From Eledone cirrhosa (Eukaryota), in NCBI GenBank assembly GCA_964016885.1, contig OZ024756.1:8556001-8620000 (forward strand): a stretch of 64,000 nt of DNA, given 5' to 3'. Both the position numbers and the translations under genes were made by a program. The first letter of the stretch is position 1; every line of letters starts with the position of its first letter. Shown here piece after piece: positions 51,735 to 64,000 of the stretch. The notes under the pieces were generated by a model. It ran no database searches and had not been told where the DNA came from. It saw only the letters and a list, made by a program, of their open reading frames with translations.

Positions 51735-52310
51735 TTAGCTTACAAATTTAGAAGGGCCCCAGATAAACTCACTCCTCGTGTTTAGGCAATCACTATTGAG
51801 TAATCTCTTTAGAATAGTTATTCGTTCGTCAATACATAAGCCACACGTCGGATTTCCCCTTGCGTATGGCTTGGACTTAGTAATGGCTTTCCATTGAATG
51901 GAGTAGTCTATACTTGAGTCCTTGAGGGACCATACTGACTCGCGAGTTTCGTGGATGAACGTCTGTCCGGGTATCTGAAGGTAGACTGGTGGTTCAGGAA
52001 ACATTCCTTGAATCGGCCCCCCCGCCATGCACACATAGGATTTGACCTCCTGTGCTTCGTTTGGTCGGTTGGAAGTGACCACAGCTTCATAGATTACAGC
52101 TGGTGTGTTGCATTGCTGTTGAAGGGGGCAAGCTTCAGGCTTACGGCAAGAGCACCCTGGTGTGGTGTTGCTCCTAGGGCTGCTGGTGATGTGGGCCTTC
52201 ATGTTCTTAGTGCAGGAGTATCCTAGTTTAACTTTGTGTCGGTTAAAGATGGGGCGGTATTTATGACCTATGGGGAAGTGTCTATCTAAGAGGGCTAGAA
52301 ATTTAGTTCT
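51735..52310 (-). mobile_element. Penelope-like element fragment, second family (linker and GIY-YIG)
   Basis: LLDRHFP...IFNRHKVKLGYSCTKNM...CSCRKPEACPL...VIYEAVV...CGLCIDERITI...LNTRSE. Confidence 0.85.
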
Positions 52311-52719
52311 ATATATATATATATACACGAAGATTTGTTGGTCGTATTGCTAGTTGGTTGTGTTGTGGTGTTGATTCGTTTGTTGCGTGTGTGCTCACGT
52401 GTAGCTTGCTGTGCGGTGTGGTCACTGTTGTGTGATACAATGTGGCCAGAAGTTGTATGTATACAGGTAAGTAAGTGTTTAATAAGACGATGATGATATG
52501 ATATTTCCTTGATCACGCAGAAAATGAATATATATAAATGAACTACGATAACACCAAACCGCTATATTAGTAATTTATTGAAAATAGCTCACGCCGAAGC
52601 TGTACGAAAAATACACAAGAATTATGGATGTTATTTCTTTGTTTGTAAAAGTAGGATTAAATTGTATTTACCAAGAAAACTTCATGCACTTCACTGGCTT
52701 GGTTAAGAGAGAGACCAAG

Positions 52720-52798
<79 letters not shown>

Positions 52799-53159
52799 GA
52801 GAGAGAGTCAGTCAGTAAAACCCAACGGGTCTGTGGAAAGAAATAGTAAACAAGATGGTTGGATAAAATCCATAAACTTGGCTGGTCACGTTTGGGGATC
52901 CAACCGGATCATTTGGAGACGGTTACTTCTGAAAGGATCCACTGTTAGGAGTGTTTGAGGACTTTGCCTCCACTGCCCTCCCCTCTCAGGAATAAGTGGG
53001 CGAAGAAGAAGAAAAGATGTATGTATGTATGTAGAAATATCGATAAGTGTGAACAAGGAAGAAGTTAAGGGCTGGAACACTCGCTTGAAGGGGGGTTTCT
53101 TCTCCGAAGACTTTCTTCTGGCCACTTCTCCTGAGAGTTTCTTACCACTATTATCCCGC

Positions 53160-53600
53160 AGAGGTTAGTTTTGCCTTTCATCCTTACGGGGGTAGATAAA
53201 ATAAAGTACCAGTAATGTACTGGGGTAATTGCCGGCCTTGTGCCAAAAGTAGAAACAATTATTTATGATCATACACGGAACAAAAGCGTTACCTAAGCTT
53301 TCAAGGCCCAAATATCTGAAAAATGCAAGAGGGATCAAAATTGTGATCTAATCTTCAGGCGTTTATACGCGTTATTATTATAGTGGATTGGCAAAATTGG
53401 TAGAGCGTCGGACAACATGCTTAACGACATAGAGTTATAGCCCTTTACATTCTGAGTTCAAATCCTGCCGAGGTTAGCTTTGTCTTTCATCCTTACGGGG
53501 TCGATAAAATGAATTACCAGTAATGCACTGGGTTGATTTAATTGACTTTTCCGCTCCCCTTCAAATTGTTGGCCTTGTGCCTAAAGTAGACACAATTATT
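53160..53600 (+). mobile_element. SINE family B copies (53160-53262 partial, 53385-53600)
   Basis: ctttcatccttacgggg...gataaaat...accag core. Confidence 0.8.
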
Positions 53601-53895
53601 ACGCTTACGTTCTGGAGATAAGGTGAATATTGGGCCTTGAAACCTTAGGTAGCACCTTTATTCCTTGTATGAACATAAATAATTGATATATATATATAAA
53701 TAACGAAGGAAGTGTGGTAAGGAACCAGATGGACCATAACGCACCAGAGTACTCAGTACTTAGGGTAGTAGAGTGGGTAATAGGAAAATGTTTAACCCCG
53801 ACGGCAGAGCTCAAGCCGTTTCGACGGCTATTTCTGGACTCTTGGTCCAGAAATAGTCGTCGAAACGGCTTGAACTCTGCCGTCGGGGTTAAACA

Positions 53896-53955
<60 letters not shown>

Positions 53956-54370
53956 ACGTTCTGGATAGTGGAAATGTATTAAAAACATGTATTTAAATAA
54001 ACGGTTGTGTTTCAATTATTTACATATTCATTTGCATATTCACCCATAAGTTTGAAAAATCCCTAATACATTTCCACTATCCAGAGAATATCCAACTGAT
54101 AAGGTATGATTTTTCTGGGTGTCTCTAGTTATAAAACAAACTTTGTATTTTATCTGAAGAAAGCGTACCAAAGTGTTTTGGTACCCTTGAAATATATATA
54201 ATAAAATAAATATGGTTTTATAAATATAGTTTCCATTTATTTAATATCATTGTATATATATATATATATAGGTAGAACACTGGAAGGTAATATCCGTAGT
54301 GGTAGAGCACTCAGTCCATGGGACGAGTTAGGTAGAAGTGGTTAGTTCACCAATAGTTAGTTCACCATAC

Positions 54371-54408
54371 CGAAAACAATTGTTTCACTTTAGCGGATCC
54401 TCAGCTCG
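54371..54408 (-). ncRNA. Minimal type-I hammerhead motif (weak stem II)
   Basis: Reverse complement cgag CTGAGGA tccgctaaagt GAAA caattg TT ttcg: stem I cgag/ttcg, palindromic caattg. Confidence 0.55.
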
Positions 54409-54436
54409 TAATGGTCATGGTATAACTGTTACCACT

Positions 54437-54490
<54 letters not shown>

Positions 54491-54605
54491 GATACCGGGG
54501 TAACCACAGTAAGTAAATACGATATTCAATACGTAAGTCGAGTGAGAAATTAAATATAGAAATGGCTTCTACAAGACTAGAACTGTTTCAATCTTATGAA
54601 ATCGT

Positions 54606-54663
<58 letters not shown>

Positions 54664-55061
54664 GGAGGGAGAGAGATGTTCGAAGGAAAAAATTCTAGAC
54701 GCTTCTTTTCTAAGATTTAAGCAGAATTTAGTTGTAAATGTTTAGAGAGTAGAGTTATCTCCCCTGTGTGTATGTGTCAGTGTATGTATGAGTGTTGTTG
54801 TTGTAATATATGTGTACGTGTTTCAATTAGTGTGTGTATATGGCGTCAACCTCACTCCAGCCTGTGCTGGAGGTTTGTTCACAGGGACCTTTCATTATTT
54901 TTACTATTTAGTGAAAAGTAAATAATAACAAATTTGGACACATAGTGCTATAAAGCATCATCGACATCAACTACAGGTAACCTTTGTATGACTATATCTC
55001 GCCTTATTTGTCTGATTTTCTTGAGAATCATTTACGCACAAAATTAACTTTCCCTTCCAAT

Positions 55062-57338
55062 ATGGCGTCGAACGAAGAACCGATCGTTCAATACGTCGAC
55101 GAAAAACTTCTAAGCAACGTTATGAAAAATCTACACGACCAGAGGAAGCTATCCCGTTTCTGTGACATTGTATTCAAGGTATGTGGCGAGGAAATTTTCG
55201 CTCATAGTAATGTATTAGCTGCTGCTAGTCCTTATTTTGCTTCGTTTCTTGGCATGGGACAAGACTTACCACGAGCTTTCTCTCAGAAAACTCCGCAGAT
55301 AATTGAAATTCACATCGATGGAGCGATTGATTCTAACAGTGGCTATGGGATGGCCGTTAGGAAAGTCGTAGATTTTATGTACACAAGCGTCATCGAACTA
55401 TCTCTCAGTGTTCTCTCTCAGGTGGTCGAGATAGCCAAGATCATGCAAATGGACAGAGTATTAGAATATTGTGATAGATTCCGACAGAGTATCCAAACTT
55501 CTGACATACCGACTGTCGTTGAAAATAAACTTACTAGTCAAGAAGATGCACAACAAATAAAAAAAGATCCCGATTATCAACTAGACAATTTTTTAACGAA
55601 CGGTTTTGTCGCTAGCGAATCTTTACCTTCGCAGCAAGTTGGTGACAGTAAAGATCAAACGACACAAACTAATATCTTCGCTCATTCTAATGCCAATGTT
55701 TTATCAATTTCCAACAATTGTTTAGTTCTGAGTTCTACCACCGTGACTTCATCAACCACTGTCCAACCATGCGAAACTATCAACGGTCAAACATTTCAGG
55801 TGTCGAATAATAATACTGCTGAGGCCATCTTCGAAGAATCTACACAGATCCAAGACATAACCACAGACAGTTTAATGGATGAAACTTTATCAACATTAGT
55901 GACGCATACAACTACTGCAACGAACACTTCTACTACTTCTACTACTTCTACCACTACTACCTCCCCTTCTACTATTAATTCAATTTCAACTTTTGAAAAC
56001 CCAAATTTAAGTTCTACAACGGGAGATGATAAACAAGAAAGTGCAGAAGATTTAGCAGAGGAGACAGGTAAGCCGGACACGGAGCCTGAAGCACATAATG
56101 AACTGGAAGAAAAATCGTTATCTCAGTGTCCAGGAGCTGTGCGTTCAAGTCTTCGTATACGACTCGGTAAAAAACATTCTCGAAGTCGATCAATATACAG
56201 AAAGAAGGGCAAAACGAGATCACGTCTTCACAATTCTTCCAACAACATTCAGAACTGCACTAACAATGACAGTAGTAGTGGTGGTGATAATAGTAGTGGT
56301 GGTAGTAAGCGCAAAAAGGTTGATAAAGTAAGCAACGTGAATTTTGAAGTGTACGTCTGTGATGAATGTCTCTACAGTACCTATAGCTTTTACCATTTCA
56401 AAAGACACCAAAAAATACACCTGGAAGGTAAATATTGCTGCGATAAATGTGATTATAAAGCCAACAAATTGAAAACATTAACAGATCATAACCGAAGCCA
56501 TTTACATGCCGAACTTCAGTGTAGTTATTGTGATTATAAAGCCACAAATGGTGAAGAACTTACATTACATTTATCTCGACATAGTGGAGATCACCCATAT
56601 TTCTGTTGCTTGTGTGATATGAAATTTAAAACAAAGACTCAACTCAATTTGCATGCACCTAAACATTCTGAAGACAAACCATTTGTGTGCCCCAAATGTT
56701 TTGCTGGCTTTAAATGGAAACATGCCCTAAAAAGTCACATGGTGGTCCACAGCAATACCAAGGATCATTTGTGTGATGTTTGTGGCTTTGCAACTGCACA
56801 CAAGAGCCAGCTTAAGGCTCACCATCTTATACACACAGGAGAAACCTTCAAGTGCTCTGTTCAAGGATGTATATTCCAAGCTTTAAAACGTCAAAACCTC
56901 AAGTACCACATGCTGACACACACTCACGAGAAGCCACATGTGTGTCGGGTGTGCAACCAAAGCTTCTCACTGATAAAAAACATGAAGCGACACATGTTAC
57001 TGCATTCAAACGACCGACCGTACAAGTGTGACCACTGCTCATTCACTTCGACACGGTATGATAAACTCAAAGAACACTTACTGAAGCAGCATGGCATAGG
57101 AGAAAGGCCAAACAAAAAACATCGAATTTCCGATTACCAAATTAGTAATAACAATGGTCTGTTTAATGAATCGTATGAAGAGGAAACAGAGGAAAATAGT
57201 ACAAGAGAAGACACAATTCCTGGTACAACACAAATTGTCATTACAGCATCAGAGGACATTCCCGTGCCATTTGCTATAACCCGAGTGAATAGTGATGGCT
57301 TCACGGAAATAAGTTATCCGACAATTCAGTATGTTTAA
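55062..57338 (+). CDS. BTB/POZ domain and C2H2 zinc-finger protein (ZBTB family), single coding exon, 758 aa
   Basis: BTB (RFCDIVFKV...FAHSNVLAAASPYF...VDFMYTS), T/S-rich linker, basic patch, nine C2H2 fingers with H-C links (HSGDHPYFC, HSEDKPFVC, HTHEKPHVC); first in-frame ATG at 55062. Confidence 0.93.
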   Translation: MASNEEPIVQYVDEKLLSNVMKNLHDQRKLSRFCDIVFKVCGEEIFAHSNVLAAASPYFASFLGMGQDLPRAFSQKTPQIIEIHIDGAIDSNSGYGMAVRKVVDFMYTSVIELSLSVLSQVVEIAKIMQMDRVLEYCDRFRQSIQTSDIPTVVENKLTSQEDAQQIKKDPDYQLDNFLTNGFVASESLPSQQVGDSKDQTTQTNIFAHSNANVLSISNNCLVLSSTTVTSSTTVQPCETINGQTFQVSNNNTAEAIFEESTQIQDITTDSLMDETLSTLVTHTTTATNTSTTSTTSTTTTSPSTINSISTFENPNLSSTTGDDKQESAEDLAEETGKPDTEPEAHNELEEKSLSQCPGAVRSSLRIRLGKKHSRSRSIYRKKGKTRSRLHNSSNNIQNCTNNDSSSGGDNSSGGSKRKKVDKVSNVNFEVYVCDECLYSTYSFYHFKRHQKIHLEGKYCCDKCDYKANKLKTLTDHNRSHLHAELQCSYCDYKATNGEELTLHLSRHSGDHPYFCCLCDMKFKTKTQLNLHAPKHSEDKPFVCPKCFAGFKWKHALKSHMVVHSNTKDHLCDVCGFATAHKSQLKAHHLIHTGETFKCSVQGCIFQALKRQNLKYHMLTHTHEKPHVCRVCNQSFSLIKNMKRHMLLHSNDRPYKCDHCSFTSTRYDKLKEHLLKQHGIGERPNKKHRISDYQISNNNGLFNESYEEETEENSTREDTIPGTTQIVITASEDIPVPFAITRVNSDGFTEISYPTIQYV

Positions 57339-57769
57339 GGAATTAACTGGCTACCATTATTATTTATTTATTTATTTATCCGTCTTTTTTTTTCCATCTA
57401 TATGGAAAATGATAGATTTGTGTACTATATGTATATATATTATATATATAAATTTTTATAAGCATACAAAAGAGTCATGTTAAACACATACATCATTAAT
57501 TTTATGTATATACAACTTGTCTAACCCATGCTAGTGTGGAAAAATAGACATTAAATGGCGATGATATATAAGTATATATATATTTAATTAGCAGTAACAC
57601 TAAGACAGCGTGTAAGCATATTAGAGGTGTATATGAAGACATGTTTAATACGTTTATATACAATAAACATATGGATAACTTTGCTATCGAAGAAAAATAT
57701 TTTTTCTTAATGAAAAAATTTTATTTTTCTCTATTTTCCTCTGTGAATATATCACAGAGTTGCCAGTAC

Positions 57770-59735
57770 ATTTTGAGAATGTCAGACAACAGATTTTGAA
57801 ATCATCTGGAGAAGTAGGAGCTGAACTTGTCACTCATATAGTCTTCTTCTTCTTCTTCACCCACTTATTCCTGAGAGAGTCATGGAGACAGAGTCCTGAA
57901 ACACTCCCCCCAGCGGGTCCTATCAGAAGCGACTGTCTCCAACTGATCCAGCTGGATCCCCAAACAAGACCAGCCAAGTTATTATCCAACCATCATGCTC
58001 GGGTTTTACTCCTGGGTCTCTTGCCTGTTGGTTTTGCCTGTAGAATCTGTCCAGCAATTCTTTCTTGAGACATTCTAACCACATGCCAATAGTATCAGTG
58101 CTGTGATCTCTCAATTTAGAGAAGTAGCAGCTCTACCTGGAGTGACCCTCTGATCTCCGAGTTTGCACTTTATCGAGTAACATTCCCCCTAAGACCTTTC
58201 CGAGGAATCTCATTTAGGCCACTTGATCGTAGTCAATAAATGTAATATAGGATTGGGTTATACTCAATGAATGGTGCTGTTGTATATTCATTAATTGCTA
58301 CAAGGTAAAACAGGATGTTCTGGAAAGGTGCAACTACAGAGGCATAAAACTAATGAACCAAATTATGAAAGTAACAAAGAGTTTTAGAACAACTAATAAG
58401 AGAAATAGTCAAACTAGATGAGATGCAATTTGGTTTTGTGCCAGTGAGGAGCACTATAGATACCCTCTTTATAGTGAGACAACTACAAGAGAAGTACCTA
58501 GCTAAATGTAAGCTACTATATCTAGTTTTTATTGAGCTGGTATTTGACAGAGTACCACAATCTGTCATCTGGTGGTCTTTTAGGAAACTAGGTGTACAAA
58601 AATACCTTATGAGATCAGTGCAAACCATGTACAATGGAGCAGTCAGTGAAAATAAGTAATAAGTTTAGTGAAACATTCAGTGTACAGGTAGGACTTAATC
58701 AGGACTCGGTCCTCACCCATTCCTCTTTATTAAGATTCTCCAGGCCATAAGAAAGGAGGTTAAGACTGGCAGTCCACGGGAACTTCTGTATGCTCATGGC
58801 ATGATTCTCATAGCTAAGTCTGTGGAAGAGCTAGAGAAGAAATTCCAGCTGTCGAAACAGAACCTAGAATGAACAGGTCTCAGAGTAAACATTCCCTACT
58901 TACTAAGTTTTAGTAGGAAAGAAGACAGGATCTTGGTGTCATCAGAGAAGTGGCCTTACTCGATATATTGAAATGAAGTAGGTAGAAACTCTTACATGAG
59001 GTACACAAGGGCTGCAGTGGGATAGTAGCCAGACTAATCTTTATCTAAAGCAGGCTGTATGTAGCAGATGTACAGGAATTATTGATAATCATCAGTGAAG
59101 TAAAATTTCCAATCCCAGGAAGGATTCATAGAAGTAGTTGATAGCTTCTGTTACCTATATAACATAAGTAACAGTGGAGAGGTATTTCTGAGAGTATAGT
59201 AGCTAAAATAAGAATATGATTTAAAAAGTTGAGAAGAAAAGGTTTCTCTGTATAAATGAAAGGCCTGTTTTATGCTTTGGTGAAATGTGTGATGCAGTGA
59301 GATATGGGCAATTAATGTAGAGGTCTTCCTTGCAAGCAGGGAAAAGCGGACATAAAATGATGATGTGTGTAGGCAGAAGATGTTTTGATGGAAGTGTAAT
59401 GTTAAAGTGAGAGGATGGTAGTGAGACATGGGCAGTGAATGCAGAGGATGTGCAAAGATTGGTTAAAAACAAAGCAAACATGGATGTGCAATATTAATAC
59501 ATGGGATGAAATGAGAGAAAAGTTGGGTATAATAGGAATCAGATGTAGTGTCAGGAGAGAAAACTGCACTGGTATGGACATGTGATGCATGTGGATAATT
59601 GCTGAGTGAAGAAATTCCAGTGGAGGAGGACCTCAAATTGCTGAAGATCAAAAAGGAGATGACGACAAAGGGACACAAAAGATGAATGAAGGGATCCTGT
59701 GCTGGAAAAGACTTGTCCAAACCATGCAAGCATGG
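57770..59735 (+). mobile_element. Degenerate RTE LINE interrupted by a minus-strand LINE fragment (57845-58240)
   Basis: MQFGFVPVRSTIDTLFIVRQLQEKYLAK...FDRVPQSVIWWSFRKLGV; homologous to 2378-3900. Confidence 0.8.
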
Positions 59736-59737
59736 AA

Positions 59738-59768
<31 letters not shown>

Positions 59769-60496
59769 AAGAATCCAAACTGCGGGATTATACCCATTCT
59801 GCATCTCCTCATGTATTGAGTACTCCCATGATATTTGTGGTCTCCGGTCTCAACACTGCAGATTCCCCCCCCTCTCTCTCTATATATATATATTCATCAT
59901 CTTTTCAAATAGCTAATAATGTGTGTGGGCACCACTACTACACACATGGGAAAGAATTTGATATAGGTCCAGCGCCTGCTTTCCCGGGTCCTGTTTCTGA
60001 TCATAATGATCTCTAGGGATACGGGAATCAGTAGACAGGACCTGGGGGCAGCGATGGGGGACAGGGAATTCTGGGGCATGAGAGTGAGATCCATCATCTC
60101 GACAGTAGTCGAGGAATGATGATGATGATGATGATATATATATATGTATATATATTCTAAACCCATGCTAGCGTGGAAGATAGACGTTAAACGATGATGA
60201 TGATGATACGGTGGTGTAATCGAGGAAAGCTGTGAGGGTGACATTTGATAGAGTGGGTTAGGGGGGGGGGGCAGTGACGATAATAACATAGAGTGAGAGC
60301 TATGACAGGTGTGGGATTTAGCAGGGTGATACAAAGGTAATCCTGGATAGAGTGGAGGCTGGGTGTGTACAGTCATGATGAGAATAGTTACTAAGCAGTA
60401 ATGGTGGAGCGGAGAAGCAGGTATAATGTCATGGGTGAATGAGAAAAGATGATGACATGTATGATGTGATGGATGTATGACAAGTGTAGTGGGATT

Positions 60497-62128
60497 TAAC
60501 CTTCTAGCATTCATATTACTCTATATTTACTATTTATTTTTTTATCACAGAAAGGACTATGTGAGATAATTATCTCACATAATGTCAAATTTATAAGATT
60601 TTGATATTTATTTTTAAAATAAAGTACCAGTAATGTACTGGGTAATTGCTGGCCTTGTGCCTAAAGTAGAAGCAATTATTTATTTTTAGTACAATACCTT
60701 AACGTCAGTATGAGTGGCCAGTTATGACTGGTTTGGACAGAAAGAGGTGAGAGAATTCTGGCCGGTTTAAATGCAAAAAGGTTAAAGGGGTGATGTGAGG
60801 GAGAAAAAGGATGAGAAAGTATGTTATTAAAGTAAAGACTATAATCTTTAAGGAATATACATATATTTTAGGTCTGAACATAATGGAATCAAATTCCCAT
60901 TATCACTGCATTCGTCTCTTCGCTTTCCTCATCTTTCACTATTATAAGCAAATGGAGAGTGTAGAACAGCCCCTCACACATTGGCTGCCTGACAGTAACA
61001 GACACATCCAGGAAGCTTGCCAAAATCCATGCCTTCAAATACATTTGTCTTGCCCCACTCTGCTCATTTTTGTCTCCTTAATGTCATTACTTCTCATGGG
61101 AAAAAAATAAAGCTGGATACTTTTTCCACAAACTTTGTATAATACATTTTTTTAGGGGGATTTTGCTTTTTTTGTCTTTGTTTTTGTTTTATTGGTTGAA
61201 CCTGCCAGGCTGGAGCAATAGGGCCTGGATGGGAGGAGAAGGTAGTATGGTTGTTGAAAGGAGGAAATTTAACCCTTTAGCATTCACATAACTTAGTGGT
61301 TAGAGCATTGGCCTTGCAGTCGGAAGGTTGTGAGTTCAATTCTCAGACCGGGTGATGTGTTGTTTCCTTGAGCAAGGCACTTTATTTCACATTGCTCCAG
61401 TTTACTCAGCTGTAGAAATGAGATGATAGGACTGGGGTCCCTATCATTCCACTGTAAAGTGGTCATGGAAGTGCCACGGCAAAAAAGCACCCAGCACTCA
61501 CTGTAAATGAGGTTGGTGTTAGGAAGGGCATCCAGCTGTAGAAATCAAGCCAGAATCAGTTCCCGTCCCACCCTTGCAAGCAGGGAAAAGTGGACGTAAA
61601 ATGAAATGATGATAACTCTATATTTACTATTGTATTCTCGCAGTAAAATATTTAACTCATACTTATTTTGCATAATATTGAAAGAGGTGAGAGGATTCTG
61701 GCCAGTTTAAATGCTAAAGGAATGTTTTGTGTGGAAGTGGCTCAGGATGAAATAGCTACTTAGAAAAGGCTATAGCAGTAGTGGTTGAAAGCTGAGAGAC
61801 GGCACTATTAGTCAAGTGTTGGAGTGTGACACCTTGCCAGTGATATTCCATTTGGTGTGGTTAAGGATGTCATGTAGCAGCCGTAGTGGTATTGCCCAAG
61901 ATGTGGGATCAATACTTCATTGTTGGTCACACCATAACCCTTTAGCCTTTAAACCGGCAGTATCCGGCCAGAATTCTCTCGCCACTTTCTGTTCAAACTG
62001 GCCACTCATACTGATATTAGGGTATTGTTCTCAAAATAAATATCAAAATCTCATAGATGCGATATTATGTGAGATAATTATGTGAAAATAATAGTAAATA
62101 TAGAGTAATATAGATGCTAAAGGGTTAA
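60497..62128. mobile_element. Cluster of piggyBac-type MITEs (60497-60785, 61269-61720 interrupted by SINE A 61291-61613, 61936-62128)
   Basis: taacc(c)tt(t)ag / ctaaagggttaa ends and shared internal sequence. Confidence 0.75.
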
Positions 62129-62469
62129 GCTTTGTAGTGGAATAGTATTTATTGATGGATGAAGTGTTTTCTAGCTGTGAAAATATAGGGCTAATCTCTG
62201 TGCCCCTATGTTGAGGATGTGTGTTTTTCCAGAAGAGAATCACATATTTGTTGGTGAAGCCCATGCCAAGAGAAAATTCCATTTGTGGGTGATACCCCAG
62301 CAATGAAAGCAACCATGAGAGTCCTCATTGCTCTATAACTGACAACAACAATGAAGGTAAGGTGAATATGATCTATTACCTAAACTAGATGTACACCAGG
62401 TGTCAATGATAAACTGTAATATAAAAATGTACCCCTTGTATCATAAGCAAGAAACACACATGTTAATGT

Positions 62470-63400
62470 ATCATCATTTCATTTTTCATCATTTCATTTT
62501 ACGTCCACTTTTTCCCTGCTTGCAAGGGTGGGACGGGAACTGATTCTGGCTTGATTTCTACAGCTGGATGCCCTTCCTAACACCAACCTCATTTACAGTG
62601 AGTGCTGGGTGCTTTTTTGCCATGGCACCTCTACGACCACTTTGCAGTGGAATGATATGGACCCCAGTCCCTATCATCTCATTTCTACAGCTGAGTAAAC
62701 TGGAGCAATGTGAAATAAAGTGTCTTGCTCAAGGAAACAACACATCACCCGGTCTGAGAATTGAACTCACAACCTTTCAATTGCAAGGCCAATGCTCTAA
62801 CCACTAAGCCATGTGCCTCCTATGTATATAATTAATGTATACTTGTGTATGAATGGCTTAGTAGTTAGAGCATCTAGCTTACAATCATGAGGTTGTGAGT
62901 TTGATTCATATACACACACATATATACAATATAATGTATAAATAAATGATGCCAGGTATCTCTATTGGAAGGTTTTGTTAAATTTAAACATGCTACCTTT
63001 TGTAACTAATTGTTTTTACGTTCTTTGGAAATTATCTGTTAATGTTTCATATATTTATATACATATATATATGGAGGCACATGGCTTAGTGGTTAGAGCA
63101 TTGGCCTTGCAATCGAAAGGTTGTGAGTTCAATTCTCAGACTGGGTGATGTGTAGTTTCCTTGAGCAAGACACTTTATTTCACATTGCTCCAGTTTACTC
63201 AGCTGTAGAAATGAGATGATAGGACTGGGGTCCATATCATTCCACTGCAAAGTGGTCGTGGAGGTGCCATGGTAAAAAAGCACCCAGCACTCACTGTTAG
63301 GAAGAGCATCCAACTGTAGAAATCAAGCCAGAATCAGTTCCTGTCCCACTCTTGCAAGCAGGGAAAAGCAGACGTAAAATGAAATGATGATGATGATGTC
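62470..63400. mobile_element. Head-to-head inverted pair of SINE family A (62470-62820 on -, 63073-63400 on +)
   Basis: Near-identical to 4127-4465, about 250 bp apart. Confidence 0.9.
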
Positions 63401-64000
63401 ATCATCATCATCATCATCAACGTTTAACGTCTATCTTGGATTTAGACGAGAATTGTCCCACTTGAGGCAAGATTGGTCGTCTCGCTCGTATGGGACTGTC
63501 TGCTTCCATGTTTGGAATTTCTATGGCTGGATGCCCACCAACCATGTTTACAGTGTGGACTGGGAGGTTTTTACCGTGTTACCTACACAGCCACATTACA
63601 GCGTGGACTGTGTGTTTTTTTGTCGTGACACTTATACGACCTCATTTATTTAGGACTGGATGATGTGGTACCAACATAGAGAAAGGGGTGGGGGAGTTGT
63701 GTTAGTGGGATGGGGGTGTATATTTGATTAAGAGGTACCTACTGACTGTAGGTTTCGCTTTGTACTTAGGCAAGGCGGGTCTTCTATATTACTGCGTAGC
63801 GCCAAAGATCTCGGTCCAGTGACATTGTCTTAGAGAGGTGTAAGTGTGTAAGGTCGGAATTTATCAAATCTCCCAGGTTTTTCTGGGTCTACCTACTCCG
63901 TAACTTCCATCAATTTTGATCGCCCTGCACTTTTTTATACAGCTGTCGTCTTTCATACGCATCACGTGACCATACCAGCGTAGTCTTCTCTCGAGTAAAC

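Noticed and set aside
54984-55061. N-terminal extension of the ZBTB ORF from the ORF track
   Set aside because: Starts at TTG; the first ATG is at 55062, just before the BTB domain.
63073-63145. tRNA genes at SINE heads
   Set aside because: A and B boxes are present but continue into SINE body and tail; no intact cloverleaf acceptor stem.

Overview
Repeat-rich, AT-microsatellite-dense eukaryotic (animal) DNA. The SINE families and (TA)n load suggest a coleoid cephalopod such as octopus (inference, not verified). Three host genes can be built from splice sites and reading phase: (1) the 3' five exons of a LEM-domain, C-terminal-transmembrane (emerin/LAP2beta-like) gene on + (4504-14306); (2) a three-exon SNX20/SNX21-like PX-domain sorting nexin on - (46186-22027); (3) an intronless BTB plus nine-C2H2 zinc-finger gene on + (55062-57338). 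The rest is mobile-element debris: RTE fragments, a near-full-length CR1-group LINE, a Ty3/Gypsy remnant, a piggyBac remnant with its MITE family, a mariner-type MITE, two tRNA-derived SINE families, Penelope-like (GIY-YIG) remnants, and many mini/microsatellites. Two signals stand out. (a) The CR1-group LINE has an ATG-less ORF2 that overlaps ORF1 in the -1 frame and opens right at an in-frame U_UUU_UUA heptamer, which suggests programmed -1 ribosomal frameshifting in a non-LTR element. (b) Minimal type-I hammerhead ribozyme motifs occur in several unrelated sequence families, many inside short fold-back elements sitting in (TA)n tracts whose arms stay self-complementary while copies diverge. 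Most long ORFs in the supplied track are microsatellite artefacts.
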